DNA of 11,463 bases from Promethearchaeota archaeon (lineage in GTDB: Archaea > Asgardarchaeota > Thorarchaeia > Thorarchaeales > Thorarchaeaceae): positions 1-11,463 of the forward strand of contig JALVPN010000152.1 in assembly GCA_027031765.1 (NCBI GenBank), read 5' to 3'. This document shows positions 1 to 5,394 of this stretch, in pieces. The notes beneath the pieces were generated by a model. The model had not been told where the DNA came from and did no database searches. It worked only from the letters and a program-made list of their open reading frames with translations. The position numbers were made by a program, and so were the translations under genes. The stretch's first letter is position 1. Every line of letters starts with the position of its first letter.

Positions 1-960
1 GCCCTTCCTCCACACCACCACCGTCCTGTCAGCAGACCCGGAGTAGAGGTACCGGTCGTCCACCGCAAGCGCATATACCCAGTGCGAGTGGCCCTTGAGG
101 GTGGTGGCCTTTTCCCAGGAGCCCTTACGCCACACCACCACCGCCCCGTCCAAAGACCCGGAGTAGAGGTGCTGCTCGTCCACTGCAAGCGCCCGTACAC
201 TGTCCGAGTGGCCCTGGAGGGTGGTGGCCTTTTCCCACGAGCCCTTACGCCACACCACCACCGCCCCGTCCAAAGACCCGGAGTAGAGGTACCGGTCGTC
301 CACCGCAAGCGCATATACCCAGTGAGAGTGGCCCTGGAGGGTGGTGGCCTTTTCCCAGGAGCCCTTCCTCCACACCACCACCGTACTGTCACGAGACCCT
401 GAGTAGAGGTACTTGTCGTCCACTGCAAGCGCCAGTACACTGCCCGAGTGGCCCTTGAGGGTGGTGGCCTTTCTCCAGGAGCCCTTCCTCCACACCACCA
501 CTGTCTCATCCCATGACCCGGAGTAGAGGTACTTGTCGTCCACCGCAAGCGCATATACACTGTCCGAGTGGCCCTGGAGGGTGGTGGCCTTTCTCCAGGA
601 GCCCTTCCTCCACACCACCACCGTACTGTCACGAGACCCGGAGTAGAGGTACTTGTCGTCCACTGCAAGTGCCAGTACACTGCCCGAGTGGCCCTCAAGG
701 GTGGTGGTCTTCTCCCAGGAGCCCTTCCTCCACACCACCACTGTTTCATCCCAAGACCCGGAGTAGAGGTACTTGTCGTCCACCGCAAGCGCATACACAC
801 TGTCCGAGTGGCCCTCAAGGGTGGTGGTCTTCTCCCAGGAGCCCTTCCTCCACACCACCACCGTACTGTCACGAGACCCGGAGTAGAGGTACTTGTCGTC
901 CACTGCAAGCGCCAGTACACTGTCCGAGTGGCCCTCGAGGGTGGTGACTGCGATCCATGT
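1..960 (-). repeat. Coding tandem repeat, 120-bp unit x8 (continues off the left edge), each unit one 40-aa WD40 repeat
   Basis: Every second 60-nt line begins gccctt(c/a)c and the units align without gaps. Examples: 601-669 is identical to 841-909, and units 361-480 and 601-720 differ at 8 of 120 positions. Confidence 0.98.
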
Positions 961-1272
961 GTCCATGGCCCAGATGTGGACTGTACCGTCCTTGCACCCT
1001 ACGAAGATGTGCTCGTCATCCCGGACGACTGACAGGACTGGTGAGTCGTGGTGGAGTACTGCGACGACATGTCCCGGCCCCTTCTCCCTGACGAGCACGT
1101 TGCCGTCTTCAGACGCTGAGACCACGTAGCGTGCTGTTGCGCAGATCCCGGCAATCCCCTTGGAGTGGCGTGGCGCGCCGTGTACAATGACACCTGGGCG
1201 CTCCTGCATGGCGCCGTGTACAATGACACCTGGGCGCTCCTGCATGTGTTGTCCCTCGTGGTGCTCCTGCAT
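1..1272 (-). CDS. WD40-repeat (beta-propeller) protein, C-terminus beyond the left edge of the window
   Basis: Manual translation of the minus strand is stop-free from ATG 1272 to position 1: MQEHHEGQHMQERPGVIVHGAMQERPGVIVHGAPRHSKGIAGICATARYVVSASEDGNVLVREKGPGHVVAVLHHDSPVLSVVRDDEHIFVGCKDGTVHIWAMDTWIAVTTLEGHSDSVLALAVDDKYLYSGSRDSTVVVWRKGSWEKTTTLEGH... Canonical GH...S-G-S-x-D...W WD40 signature, with the His/Ser/Asp/Trp tetrad intact in all 8 conserved repeats. An in-frame TGA near 1354 lies upstream. Alternative in-frame ATGs at 1245 and 1209. Confidence 0.95.
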   Translation of the reverse strand, partial: MQEHHEGQHMQERPGVIVHGAMQERPGVIVHGAPRHSKGIAGICATARYVVSASEDGNVLVREKGPGHVVAVLHHDSPVLSVVRDDEHIFVGCKDGTVHIWAMDTWIAVTTLEGHSDSVLALAVDDKYLYSGSRDSTVVVWRKGSWEKTTTLEGHSDSVYALAVDDKYLYSGSWDETVVVWRKGSWEKTTTLEGHSGSVLALAVDDKYLYSGSRDSTVVVWRKGSWRKATTLQGHSDSVYALAVDDKYLYSGSWDETVVVWRKGSWRKATTLKGHSGSVLALAVDDKYLYSGSRDSTVVVWRKGSWEKATTLQGHSHWVYALAVDDRYLYSGSLDGAVVVWRKGSWEKATTLQGHSDSVRALAVDEQHLYSGSLDGAVVVWRKGSWEKATTLKGHSHWVYALAVDDRYLYSGSADRTVVVWRKG

Positions 1273-1285
1273 GTGTTGTCCCTCG
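1175..1285. repeat. Nested tandem duplications over the WD40 start: perfect 36-bp x2 (1175-1210, 1211-1246) and a 23-bp repeat with 27-bp period (1236-1258, 1263-1285)
   Basis: gcgccgtgtacaatgacacctgggcgctcctgcatg occurs twice back to back. gctcctgcatgtgttgtccctcg occurs twice. gctcctgcatg occurs three times. Confidence 0.95.
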
Positions 1286-1435
1286 CAGGTGGTGGGCGTT
1301 TCGCGCCCACATATTGTTTTCGTGTGCCTGCACTGTGCAAGTGAGTGGACTAGTCAGGACTGCGACGACGGGCACATGCAGCAGGTGATGTGCTGAGACC
1401 ATCATGTGTGGGCCGGCGGGCCGGTCGTGGGCGGC

Positions 1436-1526
1436 GTGGCAGCCAGTGCTACTTGGCAGGGCCATACTCATCCCGGTCATACCCGTCCCAGTGTCACGCG
1501 GTGTGGCAGCCAGTGCTACTCGGCAG
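1436..1526. repeat. 24-bp direct repeat pair (1 mismatch) separated by 43 bp, in the divergent intergenic region
   Basis: gtggcagccagtgctactTggcag at 1436-1459 and gtggcagccagtgctactCggcag at 1503-1526. Confidence 0.9.
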
Positions 1527-1542
1527 AGGGGTGTGCAATGGG

Positions 1543-1582
1543 GCAAGAAATAATACTTGCGGGGCAACGTGATGTCTGAGGT
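1543..1582 (+). promoter_or_regulatory. Putative archaeal promoter (TATA-like AAATAATA) and RBS (GAGGT) for the 1589 gene
   Basis: AAATAATA at 1548-1555 is a rare AT-rich stretch in this GC-rich region and lies about 35-40 nt upstream of ATG 1589. It is flanked by the inverted repeat GCAAG/CTTGC. GAGGT is at 1578-1582. Confidence 0.45.
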
Positions 1583-1588
1583 ATTGGT

Positions 1589-2032
1589 ATGCAGAACAGG
1601 GTACCGTTCGTACTCAGTCTTATTGCAGGAGTGATATTCATTTTCCAGTCGTGGACAGGGAGCATTGGGATGCTCCAGTACATCGCGGTCATCCCGGACG
1701 TGGTCCCGGAGCTGGCGCAGTACGAGTGGCTGTTCACGCTGTTGCTGTACGTCCTGACGGCCATTGCAGGCCTTGGTGGTGTTGGAGTGATTGCTGGAGG
1801 CGTGCTGCTCACACGGGGGCGTGTTGGGACCGGCAAGTTCGTGATCGGCCTTGCTGCTGGGATGTCACTGATAGGCGTGCTGGTGAACCTCGGCACGAAC
1901 ATCTGGCTCGGTGGTGCTGTTGGTGCCCTTGACATCCTCATGTTGGGTGGCTCCCTGGCAGCCTTCGTGGCGATAGTGCTCTCCATAGTGGCCCGGAGGA
2001 TGGCAGGCACAGGAGGGACTGCAGAGGAGTAG
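1589..2032 (+). CDS. Hypothetical integral membrane protein (about 4 TM helices, Gly-rich)
   Basis: 147-aa ORF with four long hydrophobic Gly/Ala/Leu/Ile/Val segments, a positively charged loop (TRGRVGTGK) and a basic C-terminal patch (ARR). Promoter-like and RBS-like signals lie upstream. Confidence 0.85.
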   Translation: MQNRVPFVLSLIAGVIFIFQSWTGSIGMLQYIAVIPDVVPELAQYEWLFTLLLYVLTAIAGLGGVGVIAGGVLLTRGRVGTGKFVIGLAAGMSLIGVLVNLGTNIWLGGAVGALDILMLGGSLAAFVAIVLSIVARRMAGTGGTAEE

Positions 2033-2082
2033 GTGCGGTCTGGGCGCACTGACTGGTGGCCCCCAGCTACTGCGTTGGGTCT

Positions 2083-2152
2083 CAGTACAGTACATCGCAT
2101 CACCTCACGTCACAGCACCTCACGTCACAACACGGTACGGTACAGTACAGTT
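2083..2152. repeat. Degenerate pentanucleotide array (C-N-N-Y-A) x14
   Basis: cagta cagta catcg catca cctca cgtca cagca cctca cgtca caaca cggta cggta cagta cagtt. C at position 1 in 14/14 units and A at position 5 in 12/14. Includes the 14-bp repeat cacctcacgtcaca at 2101 and 2116. Confidence 0.85.
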
Positions 2153-2420
2153 GCAGTAGGTGCACCATTGTTGTGTGGCACCGCATGACACGGGATAGAT
2201 AGGCTGCTGGCTGCGTCCGGGTGGCGTGGCCCATGCCAGGCCATTGGGCAGTGGACAGTGTCGACACAGCAGTGGCGGGTCATGGCCTGTGGGGGGATGC
2301 GGGTGGTGTGTGGTGGACGCGGGTCACAGGAGCACTGGGTGGTGGTCACGGCACCGTGCCTGAAATCGAAAGAGTGAAAACGGAGTCACGGTCGCAGGGT
2401 CGTGTGGAGAGTCTGGCGAC

Positions 2421-3494
2421 TTGAGGCTGCCAACGATAGGTGTGCTGGGTTCACACAGCGCTGAGGAGGTCGGCACTGCCGCGAAGGCGGCCGGGTTCCC
2501 GACACTGGTGGTGTGTCAGTCCGGCAGGGAGAAGATGTACACGGTCTACGACAGGCACCTGTTCGACCACATAGTCACGCTTCCGCGGTTTGCGGACATC
2601 ATCACCGACGAGGTGCAGGATCAGCTTGAGGAGCTGGGTGTTGTATGGGTGCCCAACCGGTCGTTCTCTGTGTATGTCGGTTACGATGCGATTGAGAGGG
2701 ACTTCCGCATCCCTGTGTACGGCAACAGGCGGATCTTGCGGATTGAGGAGCGGGGCACGCTGAGAGACCAGTACTGGCTGCTGGAACAGGCCGGTATCAG
2801 GACGCCGCTGCGTTTCCAGCCCGATGAGATTGACCGGCTCGTCATTGTGAAGGTGCAGCAGCGGGCGAGGCCTCTGGAGAGGGCGTTCTTCTATGCGACG
2901 TCCACCGACGAGTACCACGAGCGCGCACGGGCACTGGTCAGGGAGGGGGTAATAGATGAGGAGGCGTTGGAGGCGGCCACCATTGAGGAGTTCATCGTGG
3001 CACCACGGTTCAACGCGAACTTCATCGCGTACGGGATGCGTGAAGAGTTCGGACGCCTCGACCTCGCAGGGTTCGATGACAGGGTGCAGACCAACCTGAC
3101 GGGACTGCTGAACCTGCCAGCAAGGGACCAGCTGAGCCTGTCCATCACGGTGGTCAACGAGGAGGTCGGACACAAGGGCCTGACGATGCGGGAGAGCAAG
3201 AAGCCACTGGTGTACGCTGCTGCCGAGCAGTTCCTCGATGCCGCGGGAGAACACTTCCCACCTGGCATGATAGGCCTCTTCGCCCTCCAGGGGGCCATCA
3301 CAGAGGAGTCCGAGTTCGTCGTCTTTGACGTCAGCCCGAGAGTCCCCGGGGCACCGTGTGTTGGGCCGACCAGCCCGGAGATGCGCAGGCTCTCCCTCAA
3401 ACACGGCAGGCCCGTGCACTCTCCAATGGACCTCTGCATGATTGACATCATGAGGGCGGTCGAGGAGGACAGGCTGGACGAGATAACGACGTAG
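2421..3494 (+). CDS. purP: PurP-family ATP-grasp protein (formate-dependent AICAR formyltransferase/FAICAR synthetase or a PurP-like paralog)
   Basis: N-terminal TIGVLGSHSA, VPNRSFSVYVG, YGNRRILRIEER, VKVQ...ERAFFYA, IEEF and the C-terminal DRLDEITT are characteristic of the archaeal PurP family. TTG start, with GGAG upstream. Located in a purine cluster. Confidence 0.85.
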   Translation: MRLPTIGVLGSHSAEEVGTAAKAAGFPTLVVCQSGREKMYTVYDRHLFDHIVTLPRFADIITDEVQDQLEELGVVWVPNRSFSVYVGYDAIERDFRIPVYGNRRILRIEERGTLRDQYWLLEQAGIRTPLRFQPDEIDRLVIVKVQQRARPLERAFFYATSTDEYHERARALVREGVIDEEALEAATIEEFIVAPRFNANFIAYGMREEFGRLDLAGFDDRVQTNLTGLLNLPARDQLSLSITVVNEEVGHKGLTMRESKKPLVYAAAEQFLDAAGEHFPPGMIGLFALQGAITEESEFVVFDVSPRVPGAPCVGPTSPEMRRLSLKHGRPVHSPMDLCMIDIMRAVEEDRLDEITT

Positions 3495-3649
3495 CAATCA
3501 CCTCCCCACTGCTGTTGGACGTGCTCCTTGACGGCGGCCGCGATGGCAGTCCCTGACCCGGGACGTGAGACAGGGCCACTGACGACCACAGGCTGTCCGG
3601 GAGCAGGCCTGCCCTCAGTGTCGTAAAGGCCCTGCTGTCGAATCCACAT

Positions 3650-3666
3650 CATTCTTAACTGGAATG
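3650..3666 (+). promoter_or_regulatory. Possible TATA-like element (TTCTTAAC) for purC-S, framed by the inverted repeat CATTC/GAATG
   Basis: The most AT-rich stretch of the 212-bp purP-purC gap, about 45-55 nt upstream of ATG 3707. Confidence 0.35.
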
Positions 3667-3706
3667 TACACGACAAGGAGCGAGCCGAGGACGGAAGAGG
3701 ACCCTC

Positions 3707-4684
3707 ATGACAGGAGAGCATTCAGACCTGATCCGAGAGGGAAAGGTGAAACGGGTGCTGAGCGACCCGGCCTCTCCCGACACCATCATCATCGAGTTCA
3801 CGGACGCCGTGACTGCTGGTGACGGTGCGAAGCGTGCGGAGATGCTAGGGAAGGGCAAGCTGGCATGCGAGACCAGTCTGCTGCTGCTCCGCTACCTCCA
3901 GCAGAGGGGGATAGCGACGCACCTGGTCGAGAAGCTCGATGGGCCGAGGCTGCGGTGCCGACGTGTCGAGATACTGCCAGTCGAAGTCGTGTGCAGGAAC
4001 ATTGCTGCCGGGTCCGTGTGCAGACGTTACGGCATAGAGCAGGGGACGGTGTTCAAGAGGCCGGTGGTGGAGTTCTTCCTCAAGGACGATGCCCTGGGTG
4101 ACCCGCTGGTGACCCCGGAGGTGGCGGTCCAGATGGGCCTGGCCACAGAGGACGAGCTGGCCTTCATACGTTCCGTGACGCTCTCGGTCAACTACTACGT
4201 CCGTGAGCTGATGCGTCAGGTCAAGCTCACCCTCGTGGACTTCAAGCTCGAGTTCGGGCGGACACCGGAGGGCGAGCTCCTCGTGGCAGACGAGATATCC
4301 GGCGACACCATGCGGGTCTGGGACGAAACCTCGACCTCACTGGACAAGGACCTCTTCAGGAAGTCGACCGGCGACCTGGTCAGCGCATACGTCGAGCTGC
4401 TGGAGCGCCTTGTGAGTGCCGACACAAAGGCCGTGGGGCCGCGGACGGAGCGCATCGTTGTGGAGGTGATGCCGAAACGGGGGGTCAAGAACCCGCCCGG
4501 TGAGGTCACGATGAAGGCACTGCGCAGGCTCGGGATGAAGGGTGTCCAGGACGTCCGTGTCGGCAAGCTCTTTGTGATATCCCTGGACAGGCCCGTGTCG
4601 CCAGCACTGATGCGCGAACTTGAGGCCATGAACCTGAAGCTGCTGTCAAACCCGGTTGCCGAGACCCACCACGTGAGGTTGTGA
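3707..4684 (+). CDS. purC-purS: Fusion of SAICAR synthetase PurC (about aa 1-237) and FGAM synthetase subunit PurS (about aa 248-325)
   Basis: PurC motifs EGKVKRV, EFTDAVTAGDG, PVEVVCRNIAAGS, EFFLKDDALGDP, LVDFKLEFG, ADEISGDT, LDKDLFR. These are followed in frame by PurS motifs VEVMPKRGVKNPPG, LGMKGVQDVRVGK and KLLSNPV. No stop codon between the domains. Confidence 0.93.
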   Translation: MTGEHSDLIREGKVKRVLSDPASPDTIIIEFTDAVTAGDGAKRAEMLGKGKLACETSLLLLRYLQQRGIATHLVEKLDGPRLRCRRVEILPVEVVCRNIAAGSVCRRYGIEQGTVFKRPVVEFFLKDDALGDPLVTPEVAVQMGLATEDELAFIRSVTLSVNYYVRELMRQVKLTLVDFKLEFGRTPEGELLVADEISGDTMRVWDETSTSLDKDLFRKSTGDLVSAYVELLERLVSADTKAVGPRTERIVVEVMPKRGVKNPPGEVTMKALRRLGMKGVQDVRVGKLFVISLDRPVSPALMRELEAMNLKLLSNPVAETHHVRL

Positions 4685-5385
4685 CGTTGTCAATTGCGGT
4701 CATCAGGTTCCCCGGTACGAACAACGAGCACGATGTCATCCGCGCCCTCAGACAGGTACCCGGGGCGGAACCGTTCCTCGTGCCGAGCAGGCTTGGTGCC
4801 CGTGCGGTGCTGGACGCCGACGGGGTCATACTGCCCGGTGGCTTCTCGTACGGCGACTACCTGCGTGCAGGGGCCATTGCTGCGGTTGAGGAGGTCATGG
4901 ACGGCGTCAAGGAGCTGGCAGAAGGGGGACGTCCCATACTGGGCATATGCAACGGGTTCCAGGTCCTCACAGAGGTCGGACTGCTACCGGGTGTCCTGCT
5001 ACCCAACAAGACCTCGCGCTTCATCTGTAAGTGGGTGCACCTGAGGGTGTGCGATGAGAACACCCTGTTCACCGAGGGGCTTGCGGGCCTGACGATACGC
5101 ATCCCGATAGCCCATGCAGAGGGGTGCTATCACTGCAGCGATGACGAGCTGACACTCCTCGAACAGGAGGACCGGATCATCTTCAGGTACAGCGACGAAC
5201 ACGGCGTTGTCACACCAGAGGTGAACCCGAACGGCTCGCTCGACAACATCGCAGGGATTGTGAACAGGCGTGGCAACGTCCTCGGGATGATGCCGCACCC
5301 GGAACGTGCAGCGCGGCCGGCCCTGTCATCGGCTGACGGCATGACCATACTTGAGAACTTCGTGCGTGGTGCCCGCGCACCGTGA
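4681..5385 (+). CDS. purQ: Phosphoribosylformylglycinamidine synthase glutaminase subunit PurQ
   Basis: [30 protein letters not shown] (catalytic Cys), [20 protein letters not shown] (His-Glu). GTG start overlaps the purC-S stop (GTGA). Confidence 0.97.
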   Translation: MTLSIAVIRFPGTNNEHDVIRALRQVPGAEPFLVPSRLGARAVLDADGVILPGGFSYGDYLRAGAIAAVEEVMDGVKELAEGGRPILGICNGFQVLTEVGLLPGVLLPNKTSRFICKWVHLRVCDENTLFTEGLAGLTIRIPIAHAEGCYHCSDDELTLLEQEDRIIFRYSDEHGVVTPEVNPNGSLDNIAGIVNRRGNVLGMMPHPERAARPALSSADGMTILENFVRGARAP

Positions 5386-5394
5386 GGTGGTACG

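Noticed and set aside
1-960. The 120-bp repeats as a CRISPR array or a diversity-generating retroelement VR/TR pair
   Set aside because: No unique spacers, and the frame is preserved as WD40. Substitutions are not adenine-restricted (e.g. cgt/tgg/gct, ctg/cgg), and there is no reverse transcriptase in the window.
82-1032. Plus-strand ORFs 82..402, 513..947, 568..1032 with repetitive His/Pro/Arg-rich translations
   Set aside because: Antisense or off-frame shadows of the WD40 gene. They are broken by stops (400-402, 514-516) that correspond to synonymous Ser codons on the minus strand.
1436-1526. CRISPR mini-array call for the 24-bp repeat pair
   Set aside because: Only two repeats, no leader, no cas genes, no typical terminal motif, and the spacer is itself internally duplicated. 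Kept only as a repeat.
2033-2049. Hairpin GTGCG-gtctggg-CGCAC after the membrane gene stop as a terminator
   Set aside because: 5-bp stem in GC-rich DNA with no T-tract, which archaeal terminators usually need.
2451-3507. 348-aa antisense ORF to purP with a perfect GGAGGTGA motif directly abutting its TTG (3497)
   Set aside because: It is a codon-for-codon antisense shadow typical of GC-rich genes. Zero spacing between the SD-like motif and the start is implausible, and there are no recognisable motifs.
3571-3640. ZMP/ZTP riboswitch annotation
   Set aside because: Only partial motif resemblance, with no P3/pseudoknot partner. Not called as a feature and left as a test in the findings.
2891-3721. 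Minus-strand ORF covering the purP-purC gap (MMWIRQQG...GTAIAAAVKEHVQQQWGG...)
   Set aside because: It mostly overlaps purP and becomes Ser-rich shadow sequence, with no independent stop near the gap and no motif. Not supportable without homology.
4462-4471. GGAGGTGATG inside purC-purS as an internal start for free PurS
   Set aside because: It simply encodes V-E-V-M of the first PurS strand. Starting there would delete part of the fold, and SD-ATG spacing is zero.
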